A DNA stretch of 63,842 nucleotides, filler included, from Deltaproteobacteria bacterium (GTDB lineage Bacteria; JAUYMQ01), in assembly GCA_030698575.1 (NCBI GenBank). It is 9 parts of 9 records of this genome, joined end to end, with 100 filler letters (N's around TTAATTAATTAA, not from the genome) between each part and the next. Parts side by side here need not be neighbours in the genome. Positions count along the whole stretch, not along the records: positions 1 to 12,518 come from JAUYMQ010000610.1; positions 12,619 to 17,326 come from JAUYMQ010000615.1; positions 17,427 to 24,072 come from JAUYMQ010000643.1; 6 more parts are not named here. One strand, given 5' to 3'. Numbering within the stretch: position 1 is the first letter of the stretch; each line of letters begins with the position of its first letter. The notes under the pieces are model-generated. The model did not search any database. It saw only the letters and a program-made list of their open reading frames with translations, and was not told the origin of the DNA. The position numbers were made by a program, and so were the translations under genes. Positions 9,025-17,907 of this stretch are shown here, piece after piece.

Positions 9025-10779
9025 CTAGTTGATCTCGTCGTCCGACGTGACGCGCAGCACTTCCTCGATGGTCGTCGCGCCGGCCACCACGCGGCGAGCT
9101 CCATCCATGCGCAGCGTCCGCATGCCGTTCCGGAGCGCCACCTGCTTGATCGTGCCGGAGTCGGCGTTCTTGAGAATCAGTTTTCGCACGGCGTCGTCGA
9201 CGAGCATCAGTTCGTAGATGGCGGACCGGCCGGAATAGCCTGTGTTCTTGCACCGCTCGCACCCGTTCGCCCGCATCACCGCGCCGCTACCGCCGTTCGC
9301 CTGCGTGAGTCCCAGCTGCTGCAGTTCCAGCTCCGTCAGATTGCTCTCCTCCGCGCAGTTCCTGCAAGCGAGCCGGACGAGGCGCTGGGCGTAGATGGCG
9401 ACGAGTGAGCTGGCCACGAGAAAGGGCTCGATCCCCATGTCGATGAGGCGCGTGACGGCGCCGGCGGCATCGTTCGTGTGGAGCGTGCTGAACACGAGGT
9501 GGCCCGTGAGGGACGCCTGGATGGCGATCTCGGCGGTCTCGGTGTCGCGCGTCTCCCCAATCAGAATCACGTCGGGATCCTGGCGGAGGATCGACCGGAG
9601 CGCGTTCGCGAAAGTCAGATTGATCTTGGGGTTCACCTGGATCTGGCCGATCCCCGCGAGCTGGTACTCCACCGGATCCTCGACCGTGATGATGTTCTTG
9701 TCAGGCGTGTTGATCGTCTGCAGCGCCGCGTAGAGCGTCGTGGTCTTGCCGCTTCCGGTGGGGCCCGTCACCAGGATGATGCCGTGGCTTCGCCGGATCA
9801 GCTTTTCCGTTACCGCGAGGTGATCGGGCATGAGCCCGATCTCGGAGAGATCCAGGAGAATATTCGAGCGATCGAGGAGGCGCATCACGATCCGCTCGCC
9901 GAAAGTCGTCGGGATGGTCGAGAGGCGGATGTCAACGTCGCGGCCGGCGATCTTGATGCCTATGCGCCCGTCCTGCGGCAGCCGTTTCTCGGCGATGTTC
10001 AGGCGTCCCATGATCTTCACGCGCGAGGCGATGCTCGACTGGAGGCGCTTCGGCGGCTTCAGCACCTCGTAGAGGATTCCGTCGATGCGGTAGCGCACGA
10101 CGAGCTCCTTCTCGAAGGGCTCGATGTGCACGTCGCTCGCCCGGTCCTTCACGGCCTGGTAGAGCAGCGAATTGACCAGGCGGATGATCGGCGCTTCGTC
10201 GGCGGCGTCGAGGAGATCCTGCGGCTCCTCGAACTCGGCGGTGGAAAGCCCGATGAGCTCGTGGCCTTCGAGATCCTCGATTGCTTCCTGCGTGGCGCCC
10301 GACTCGCGCTGATAGACCAGGTTGATCGCATTGAGGATGACGCCGGGCTTCGCCAGCACGACCTCGACATCGGTCTGGAGCAGCATGCGCACGTCGTCGA
10401 GCGCGTAGAAATCCAGCGGATCGGCCATGGCGATGGTGGCCGTGCCGTCCTTCTGGCGGAGCGGGATGAGCGTGTACTGCTTGGCGAAGTTGATGGGGAT
10501 CTTGGCGACCAGCTCTGGATCAATGTCCTCCAGCGCGATCTTGGGAAGAAACTCGATGCTCATCTGCTCGCCGAGGGCTTCGAGGAGGTTTTCCTCGCTG
10601 ATGGCCTTCATGCCGAGCAGGATCTGCCCCAGCCTTCCGCCCTTCTCGATCTGGATACTGCGTGCCTCGTCAATCTGATCGTCGGTGAGGCCCATGCGCT
10701 GCTTGAGAATCGCCGCCAGGGGCTGCCTGCTCGTCGCCACGTTGCCACTCGCTTCCAGGGCCACTTTTCGCGAAACCAC
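9025..10779 (-). CDS. gspE: Type II secretion ATPase GspE
   Basis: ASDVHIEP, Walker A GPTGSGKTT, VEDPVEY, LRQDPD, TGHLVFSTLHTN and a Cys4 motif. Start codon approximate. Confidence 0.95.
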   Translation of the reverse strand: MVSRKVALEASGNVATSRQPLAAILKQRMGLTDDQIDEARSIQIEKGGRLGQILLGMKAISEENLLEALGEQMSIEFLPKIALEDIDPELVAKIPINFAKQYTLIPLRQKDGTATIAMADPLDFYALDDVRMLLQTDVEVVLAKPGVILNAINLVYQRESGATQEAIEDLEGHELIGLSTAEFEEPQDLLDAADEAPIIRLVNSLLYQAVKDRASDVHIEPFEKELVVRYRIDGILYEVLKPPKRLQSSIASRVKIMGRLNIAEKRLPQDGRIGIKIAGRDVDIRLSTIPTTFGERIVMRLLDRSNILLDLSEIGLMPDHLAVTEKLIRRSHGIILVTGPTGSGKTTTLYAALQTINTPDKNIITVEDPVEYQLAGIGQIQVNPKINLTFANALRSILRQDPDVILIGETRDTETAEIAIQASLTGHLVFSTLHTNDAAGAVTRLIDMGIEPFLVASSLVAIYAQRLVRLACRNCAEESNLTELELQQLGLTQANGGSGAVMRANGCERCKNTGYSGRSAIYELMLVDDAVRKLILKNADSGTIKQVALRNGMRTLRMDGARRVVAGATTIEEVLRVTSDDEIN

Positions 10780-10801
10780 GGCCCTGATACCTTTGGGGGG
10801 T

Positions 10802-12518
10802 CTACTCGGAAAGCTCCACGACGAAGGGGACAGCCCCGTCATCGTGAAATTCCTTCGCCAGTTTCGACGCGACCCGGCTCGCCTCGGAGTCCTTGTCGAA
10901 TCGCCCGACGCGCACGCGGTGGGCGACGGCGCCTTCGTCCGTGACGGCCGAACTCAGGTAGACGTCGTACTTCTGGGCCCGGAGCTTGTCCACCAGGTTT
11001 TCCGCCTGATCGCGGTCGGTGAAGGCGCCCACCTGCACGGTGAAGCCTCCCGGCTCCGGCACCGCGCTCGTTTCGGGCGCGGGTGCCGCTGCGGCCAGCT
11101 TTGCCGGCGGCTCGGTGGCGTCTCCGGCTTCGCTCGCGCCATCGTTCAGCACGCCGCCCGTCACGTCGTCCTCCGCCGGGGCCTTCGCCTCGGGCGCGCC
11201 GCCGATGACTTCTTCCTTGCGGCCGGGGCTGGCCTTGGGCGCCGCTGCGTCGGGCGAGGCGCCCTCCGTCAGGTTCTTCTGCTTGATGTCCTTCAGGGCC
11301 TCGTCGATGGGGCTCCGCCGGCGGCGCAGGTCGTATTCCTCTTCATACTCGTCGAGGGTCTTCCCCTCGGCCGCGGCCTTTGTTTCCTTTTCCCTTTCCT
11401 CCCGCTCCTCCTTGTCGGTCTTCCGGAGCGCCTCGCGGGACTTCGCCTCGAACTCCTTCTGCTTGTAGTTGGTCACCTGCCGGAGATCGTCGGGGGTGCG
11501 GATGATGTGGGGCGTCAGGAAGACGATGAGGTTCACCTTGCGCATCGTCTTCGATTTGTTCTTGAAGGCCCAGCCGAGGCCCGGGATGTCGCCCAGCCAG
11601 GGCACGCGGTTCGAGGACTTCCCGAGGCTCGAGGAGATGATGCCGCCGATGACCACCGTCGCCGCGTCGGCGACATAGACCGTGTTCTTGATGGAACGTT
11701 TCGTGAGGATGGGGAGGCCCAGCTCCCCGCCCGCCACCTCGGTGATCTCGTTCTCGATGTCGAGGCGGACACTGTTCCCCTCGCTGATCTGGGGGGTGAC
11801 GCGCAGGATGACGCCCACGTCCTGCCGCTCGAAGGAGTTGTTGACCAGCGTGTTGTCGTCCACAATTCCGGTGCCGGAGGTGGTACTCGAGATTGCGGCG
11901 GTCTGGATGGGGATGTTCTGGCCGACCTGGATCTCCGCCTCCTCGTTGTCGGTCGTCAGGATGTTGGGAGAGGAAAGGATGTTCGTGTCTGTCCTGGCGG
12001 CCGACGCCTGGATCACCGCGCGGATGACCGGCACCGGGACAACCTTCTCTGTCACTACGCCCGTAACGGGGTCCGTCTCCTTGATTTTGACGTTGACCGC
12101 GTGGAAGCCGGAAACCAGCGCTCCGAAGAGCGGATCGAGGCCGGCCGCCCCTCCGCCGCTCAGGATGGTGTCCAGCTCACCCCCATCGATGATTCCCGGC
12201 GTACCCGTGGCGGGGAAGGTGGACCCGAAGATCCCGCCCTTCTTGGGATCGTTGTTGTCGAAGAAACTCCCTCCGGCCAGGCCTACGCCCGTGTTCAAGG
12301 TATTCGGCCCGACGCTCACCTCGAGGATGAGGGCCTCGACGAGCACCTGGGGGCGCTTGATGTCGAGCTTGGCGATGACCTGCCGCAAGGTCTCGTAGGC
12401 TTCCGGCGGCGCCTCGATGATGAGCGCGTTGGTCGGGGCGTCGAAGGCGATCTTCACGTTCTCGGCGAGCTGAGCCACCGTGGCGACCACGGCCGCCGGC
12501 ACGCCTTCGGGCGCCCCG
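10802..12518 (-). CDS. gspD: Secretin GspD, 3' part (5'-truncated by contig end), with C-terminal SPOR domain
   Basis: TNALII..LDIKRPQVLVEALILEV, NILSSPNILTTDNEEA, DVGVILRVTPQI, VPWLGDIPGLG and LIVFLTPHII; SPOR-like FTVQVGAF..HRVRVGRF at about 10805-11051. Confidence 0.92.
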
Positions 12519-12618
12519 NNNNNNNNNNNNNNNNNNNNNNNNNNNNNNNNNNNNNNNNNNNNTTAATTAATTAANNNNNNNNNNNNNNNNNNNNNNNNNN
12601 NNNNNNNNNNNNNNNNNN
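12519..12618. other. Artificial contig linker; same linker at 17327-17426, 24073-24172, 28235-28334, 42431-42530, 50886-50985, 57864-57963 and 61207-61306
   Basis: Identical 100-nt N-runs with a central TTAATTAATTAA (stops in all six frames). Confidence 0.99.
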
Positions 12619-15600
12619 TGGGGCCGGATCACGGGCGACCTGGTTGGCTATAAGGGAGGCCTCAAGGTCACCAAGGATGCGCCCGAGAGCGCAGGCCAGC
12701 GCCACTACGTCCGCGGTACAATGGCGATGGCGCTCGCCCGGCTGCAGAAGGACCACCCGCAGCTGACGATGAGCGACCTGCAGGCGGTCCTCTGGTACCC
12801 CGAGAAGGATCTGTACGCGATGCACGGGGTGAATGACGAGAGCGGCAAACCGACCGACTACGAGATCGAGACGGCGGCCTACGCCAAACTGAAAGGGATC
12901 AATGATGCCCAAATCGAAGCTGCAGGGATTCAACCCGACGAGACCGCCGGACGAGGCGCAGCCGGTGAACGTAAACAGCCCGGCGTGGGACAAGCTCGCG
13001 AGGGCGCCCGTGAACGAGGAGCAGCAGGAGCAGGAGGCGATGGCGAAGAAGGCGGCGCAGCTGCTCAGCTCTCTCCGAAGAAACAGGGGCAAGTAGACGT
13101 AGTCGGGGTCCACTTCTCGGCGGGCGCGCGCACGAGCTTGAGTGGCGCCTACTTCGGGACGGGGGCCAAGGGGGCGGAGGCGGTCCGCGTGCGCTCGGCG
13201 AAGGACGGCCGCCTGCGCAGTCGCATCTACGCCTACGTCAACACCGGCAGCGGCGTCACGCCGGAGCGCTACGTGGGCGGGGTCGCCCACACGATTCCGC
13301 TCCAGAATCTCTATGATGCCGACTCCGACCCGCCGGATCTCACGCGGCTCGAGGCGAACGCCTTCGAGTCGGCCGTCCTCGACGCCGGCTTCAGCGGCTA
13401 CCTCGTCCGTAGTGGAAAGCAGGCGATCGCGGCCCTGATCGGGCCCGCGTCGCTGGATGTCGCGGTAGAGAACAAGGGAACCCGCTACCGGGGGGAGGAT
13501 CTCGCGGTGCCGCCCGCACCCACGTACTCGCCCCTCGTGCAGCTCACTCTCGCGATCGCAAACAGCAAACTCTTGCCGGGCGGGCAGCTGACGGGGGACG
13601 AGTGGCGCGCGAACGCGCACCTGCAGAAGCTTCTTGGCGACAAGTACGACGCGAGCAAGCTCGAGGGGGACACCCTCTACTACAAGAGCGAGGTCGCGAG
13701 GCTCGTGGGCGAGGGTGTGCAGATGTCGCCGAAGCAAACCCTCGAAACCGACATGCGCGACCAGTCCGCCTGGCTCGATCAGAGAGCGCGCGACGAGGGC
13801 TACGAGAGCGTAGACGCCCTCCCGCCGGAGCGCTTCACGGAGCTGGCGGCCGAGTGGCGCGCCGAGCACCCGCGCATCAGCTTCAGCCCGAAGACGCGTG
13901 CGATGAAGAAGTGGCTCGAGGGGAGCGCGGTGCGGGACGTCGTCTATCACGGCACGAGCACCGATTTTACGGCGTTCAACACCGACGACACTACTGAGCT
14001 GGGCGCTCACTTCGGCACAACCGCCCACGCAAACGATCGCGTTGGCGCATACACAGACTCTCGCGTGATTCCGGTGTATCTCAACCTCAAGAACCCGCTA
14101 CGGCTTATCGACGAGGGCACTTTTGCTCCCTACGCCGTCGCTGGGCAGCTCGCCGATCTGGGCATCCTGCCCCAAGAGCAACTGGGGCGGTTTGTTAACA
14201 AGCACACCGTTGGGGTGGTGAACAAAGAAGTGCCCCTCTCGGAAGAGTTGAAGCGAATCATAGAGCGCGCGGGTTATGACGGCGTTGTATATTTGAATCG
14301 GCGCGAAGGTTACGACGGCAGTGCCGTAGTTTGGGCGGATGCGGAGCTGAACCCCGAGTTGTCGGACGCGGAGTGGACCGCAATACATCCCGGCGGGGGC
14401 GATTCCTACATCGCCTTCCATCCCAAACAGATAAAATCCGTCTTCAACGAACGCCCCGACGACAGCGCGCAGTTCAGCCCTAAAATCGTCGGCGACAGCA
14501 AGCGCCCGTACACGCCGGAGCAGCGTCGTTTCTTCAAACACACCGGCCGTGAAATAGAGAAGCCCTCCTCCGCCGACAGGTTCAAAGCGCTGAAACAAGA
14601 CCTCGGGATGAAGATGGCCCAGGGTCTGGTCGACCAGTTCGCGCCCCTGAAGGCGCTCTCGCCCATGGCCTACATGCTCGCGCGCCTCTCCAAAGGCTCG
14701 GCCGGCGCCCTGGAGGCCTTGCTTCACCACGGAAAACTCCGCCTCCGGGGTGGCGCCTTCGATGCGGACCGCAGCGGCGGCTTCATTCAGCGCGTGGGCA
14801 TCCCGCTGCATGGCGAGCTCGAGGACTTCCTCTGGTGGGTCGCCGCCAACCGCGCCGAGCGCCTCACCGCGCAAGACCGCGAGCGCCTCTTCTCGCGCTC
14901 GGACATCGCCGCCGGCAAGTCGCTCGCGAGCGGCAACCTCGCCACCGAGTACACGCTCCAGAGCGGCCAGAAGACGCGCGTGCGCGCGCAGGCCTACGCC
15001 GACTCGCTCAAAAAATTCGAGGAGTTCAACCGGAACGCGCTCGACATGGCCGAGCAGTCGGGCCTCATCGACCCCGCGAGCCGCAAGATCTGGGAGAACG
15101 AGTTCTACGTCCCCTTCTACCGCGTCTCTGAAGAGGAGGGCGGCTTCGTAGGCGCGAACATCGGGAACGCCCTCGTGCGCCAGCGCGCGTTTAAACACCT
15201 GAAGGGGGGCGAGCAGAAGCTCCATTCCGACCTCCTCGCGAACACGATAGCGAACTGGGCCCACCTCATCGATGCTTCCGCAAAGAACCGGGCGGCGAAG
15301 GCGTCGCTCGAGGCGGCCGCCAACATGGGCGTCGCTGTCGAGGCCGACGCCGCGACGGTCGCCTCGATGGGTCGCTCTATCAGCAAGAGCGGCGTCTGGT
15401 TCATGGACGGGGGCGTGAAGCGCCACTACCTGGTCGAGGACCCCTTCGTCCTCACCGCGATCACGTCGCTGGAGTACTCGGGCATGAAGGGTCCTCTGAT
15501 GGATGCGATGTCGACGATGAAGCACGTCCTCACCGTCGGCGTCACCGCCTCCCCCTTCTTCAAGGTGAAGAACCTGATCCGGGACTCGCTCCAGGCGATC

Positions 15601-17031
15601 GCGGTCGCCCCGATCGGGGCCAACCCGCTCACGAACATCCGCGAGGGTATCGCCGCGAGCGAGCACTCGACACAGACCTACGTCTCCGCCCTCGCCTCCG
15701 GCGGCCTGATCCGCTTCGGGACAATGCTCGAGGGGCGCATGTCGGACCGCGTCCGCCAGCTTATCAAGTCCGGCGTCAAGGAGACGACGATCCTGAACAG
15801 CGACTCGAAGCTCCGGGCGATGTACGACCGCTACCTCGAGCCGGCGGTGATCGCCTACAACGAGCTCGGAAACCGATCGGAGGAGATCACGCGGGCCGCC
15901 CTCTACAAGCAGCTCACGGACAAGGGCATGTCACATGCCGAGGCGAGCCTGATGGCGCGCGACCTGATGGACTTCTCCCTCCAGGGGAGCTGGAGCGGGA
16001 TTCGCTTTCTAACTCAGGTCGTTCCGTTCATGAACGCCCGGATGCAGGGCATCTACAAGCTCGGGCGTGGCGCCGTGGAAGATCCCCGCCGCTTCGCGGC
16101 GGTAATCGGGGCGACCGCGATGTTCTCGATCGCGCTGATGGCCGCCTACGGCGACGATGACGACTGGAAAAAGCGCGAGGAGTGGGACCGGGACAACTTC
16201 TGGTGGTTCAAGGTCGGGGGGACCGCCTTCCGGATTCCGAAGCCCTTCGAGGTGGGCGCGATCGCGACGCTCGCCGAGCGGGGGCTCGAGTACTTCACGA
16301 GCCCCGAGATGACGGGCGAACGCTTCAGGAAAGTCACGCTCGATATCCTGGCGAACAACCTCTCGATGAACCCGGTGCCACAGCTCCTCAAGCCGGTCGT
16401 CGACATCTACGCGAATAAGGACAGCTTCACCGGGCGTCCGATCGAGACGCTGGGGATGGAGCGCCTGCAGCCCGACTACCGCTTCAACGCCCGCACGAGC
16501 ATGCTCGCGCGCGCGGCCGGCACGGCCGGGCAGACAGTGGCGGAGACCGTCGGGGCCGATTTCATTTCGCCCCTGATGATCGACCACGCCCTGCGCGGCT
16601 ACTTCGGCTGGCTCGGGAGTTTCATCGTCGGGACGGCGGACCTACTCGCGCGTCCGATGACGGGTGAGGCCGAGCGCCCGGCTGGCGACCTCTGGAAGCT
16701 CACCACCGGCAACATGATCGCCGAGCTGCCTACCGACCAGTCGCGTTACGTAAGCCAGATGTACGAGCAGGCCAGGGTGATCGAGCAGGCGTACGGCACC
16801 TACCGGAGCCTGCTGAAGCAAGGGAAGGGCGAGGAGGCGCGCGAATTTCTTGAAGACAATCGCGACAAACTCACGAAGTACCGCGGCGTCCAGCAGGTGA
16901 AACGGGCCGAGGGGCAACTCAACGAGCGCATCCGCATCATCGAGCAGAGCACCCTCGACCCCGAGGCGAAGAGGGTCGCGATCGCAGCGATCGCCGCACA
17001 GAAGGACCGGGTCGCGCGGCTTGTCAAGTAG
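12619..17031 (+). CDS. Phage-type large polyvalent protein (ART-PolyVal-like domain + C-terminal LPD38), 5'-truncated
   Basis: Frame is open from the contig start. VYHGTSTDF..GAHFG..VIPVYLNLKNPL..GYDGVVY..YIAFHPKQIKS is ADP-ribosyltransferase-like; WDRDNFWWF..RIPKPFEVG..ANKDSFTGRPI is LPD38-like. Confidence 0.85.
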   Translation, partial: WGRITGDLVGYKGGLKVTKDAPESAGQRHYVRGTMAMALARLQKDHPQLTMSDLQAVLWYPEKDLYAMHGVNDESGKPTDYEIETAAYAKLKGINDAQIEAAGIQPDETAGRGAAGERKQPGVGQAREGARERGAAGAGGDGEEGGAAAQLSPKKQGQVDVVGVHFSAGARTSLSGAYFGTGAKGAEAVRVRSAKDGRLRSRIYAYVNTGSGVTPERYVGGVAHTIPLQNLYDADSDPPDLTRLEANAFESAVLDAGFSGYLVRSGKQAIAALIGPASLDVAVENKGTRYRGEDLAVPPAPTYSPLVQLTLAIANSKLLPGGQLTGDEWRANAHLQKLLGDKYDASKLEGDTLYYKSEVARLVGEGVQMSPKQTLETDMRDQSAWLDQRARDEGYESVDALPPERFTELAAEWRAEHPRISFSPKTRAMKKWLEGSAVRDVVYHGTSTDFTAFNTDDTTELGAHFGTTAHANDRVGAYTDSRVIPVYLNLKNPLRLIDEGTFAPYAVAGQLADLGILPQEQLGRFVNKHTVGVVNKEVPLSEELKRIIERAGYDGVVYLNRREGYDGSAVVWADAELNPELSDAEWTAIHPGGGDSYIAFHPKQIKSVFNERPDDSAQFSPKIVGDSKRPYTPEQRRFFKHTGREIEKPSSADRFKALKQDLGMKMAQGLVDQFAPLKALSPMAYMLARLSKGSAGALEALLHHGKLRLRGGAFDADRSGGFIQRVGIPLHGELEDFLWWVAANRAERLTAQDRERLFSRSDIAAGKSLASGNLATEYTLQSGQKTRVRAQAYADSLKKFEEFNRNALDMAEQSGLIDPASRKIWENEFYVPFYRVSEEEGGFVGANIGNALVRQRAFKHLKGGEQKLHSDLLANTIANWAHLIDASAKNRAAKASLEAAANMGVAVEADAATVASMGRSISKSGVWFMDGGVKRHYLVEDPFVLTAITSLEYSGMKGPLMDAMSTMKHVLTVGVTASPFFKVKNLIRDSLQAIAVAPIGANPLTNIREGIAASEHSTQTYVSALASGGLIRFGTMLEGRMSDRVRQLIKSGVKETTILNSDSKLRAMYDRYLEPAVIAYNELGNRSEEITRAALYKQLTDKGMSHAEASLMARDLMDFSLQGSWSGIRFLTQVVPFMNARMQGIYKLGRGAVEDPRRFAAVIGATAMFSIALMAAYGDDDDWKKREEWDRDNFWWFKVGGTAFRIPKPFEVGAIATLAERGLEYFTSPEMTGERFRKVTLDILANNLSMNPVPQLLKPVVDIYANKDSFTGRPIETLGMERLQPDYRFNARTSMLARAAGTAGQTVAETVGADFISPLMIDHALRGYFGWLGSFIVGTADLLARPMTGEAERPAGDLWKLTTGNMIAELPTDQSRYVSQMYEQARVIEQAYGTYRSLLKQGKGEEAREFLEDNRDKLTKYRGVQQVKRAEGQLNERIRIIEQSTLDPEAKRVAIAAIAAQKDRVARLVK

Positions 17032-17038
17032 CAGTTGC

Positions 17039-17067
17039 TTGACACAGCCGGCGGTTGCGCGTATAGT
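17039..17067 (+). promoter_or_regulatory. Near-consensus sigma70 promoter TTGACA-N17-TATAGT
   Basis: -35 at 17039-17044, 17-bp spacer, -10 at 17062-17067. Confidence 0.8.
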
Positions 17068-17119
17068 GTCAATTGCTTACTGCAGCAAGGGACAGATCAA
17101 TCAGACGGAGGAAACCCAG

Positions 17120-17143
17120 ATGAAGAGCGACCGGAAAGCATAA
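17120..17143 (+). CDS. Putative 7-aa minigene MKSDRKA
   Basis: GGAGG (17107-17111), 8-nt spacing, then ATG AAG AGC GAC CGG AAA GCA TAA. Confidence 0.5.
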   Translation: MKSDRKA

Positions 17144-17165
17144 GTACCCGCAGTTGATTGAACGC

Positions 17166-17198
17166 AAGGGCTCCCCACGAGGGGGCCCTTTTTATTTT
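17166..17198 (+). terminator. Rho-independent terminator
   Basis: AAGGGCTCCC-CACGA-GGGGGCCCTT hairpin followed by TTTATTTT. Confidence 0.85.
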
Positions 17199-17226
17199 GG
17201 ACAGAGTGTCTAGCAAATGCTAGTCT
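17198..17226 (+). promoter_or_regulatory. Second sigma70-like promoter TGGACA-N17-TAGTCT with overlapping palindrome
   Basis: 17-bp spacing; CTAGCA-AA-TGCTAG palindrome overlaps the -10; AGAGG RBS and GTG downstream. Confidence 0.45.
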
Positions 17227-17251
17227 ACCCAATCGCAACGAGAGGAACCCC

Positions 17252-17326
17252 GTGACGCCTCAGCAGTGGATAACGCTGATGCTGGCCTCCACCAGCGTCC
17301 ACTACCTGGTAGCGGCCGCAGCGTAT
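17252..17326 (+). CDS. Small hydrophobic phage protein, 3'-truncated
   Basis: AGAGG RBS and GTG start; MTPQQWITLMLASTSVHYLVAAAAY open to the contig end. Confidence 0.5.
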
Positions 17327-17426
17327 NNNNNNNNNNNNNNNNNNNNNNNNNNNNNNNNNNNNNNNNNNNNTTAATTAATTAANNNNNNNNNNNNNNNNNN
17401 NNNNNNNNNNNNNNNNNNNNNNNNNN

Positions 17427-17907
17427 GTGGAACTTCTCGGGGTCCATCATCATCGGAAAGACCCCGTCGGCGACCTCGCCCGCGCAGCGCAGGCCTGCCG
17501 GACTGATCGACGCCGTGTAGATCGGAATCGCGGGGTTCCCGTGGAGGATGCTCTTCAGCGGCTTGCCGAGGCCCGTGGTGCCTTTTCCCTTTGCGGGGAT
17601 CTCGAAGTCGCTGCCGTTGAACTCAAGCGGCTTTTCGCGGGCGAGGATCTGGCGGATGATGCGGATGTACTCGCGCGTGCGGGTGAGCGGCTTGCCATAG
17701 GGGACTCCGTGCCAGCCCTCGATGACCTGGGGCCCGGAGGCGCCGAGGCCGAGGATGAACCGCCCGCCAGAAAGGTGGTCGAGCGTCATTGCCGTACGCC
17801 TCGGCCGTCCAGGCCGAATCGAAGCCGAGTTCCTCCGCACGCCGGATCAGATCGAGATTGACCTGGGCCTTCGAACCGAAACCCAGGGCGCTGATTCCGA
17901 GCTTCAT
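17427..17907 (-). pseudogene. LLM-class (luciferase-like, probably F420-dependent) oxidoreductase with internal deletion and frameshift; 3'-truncated
   Basis: [25 protein letters not shown] jumps frame directly into [30 protein letters not shown] at 17783-17795. Confidence 0.85.

Larger units (their letters stand above)
17074..17198 (+). ncRNA. Putative ~120-nt small RNA / minigene transcript
   Basis: Bounded by the near-consensus promoter and an intrinsic terminator; internal stem 17097-17104 / 17154-17161. The 5' end is estimated. Confidence 0.55.

Noticed and set aside
9478-12574. Long antisense ORFs (e.g. 9478-10944, 10685-12574, 12571-14028, 14098-15666, 20055-21770, 58010-59611)
   Set aside because: Shadow frames of GC-rich genes on the opposite strand, with no recognisable motifs.
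12519-12618. Recurrent TTAATTAATTAA motif within N-runs
   Set aside because: Artificial linker; gene adjacency across linkers has no biological meaning.
12619-17326. Treating the phage contig as a prophage of this host
   Set aside because: No host junction or att site is visible; the contig may be co-binned by composition.
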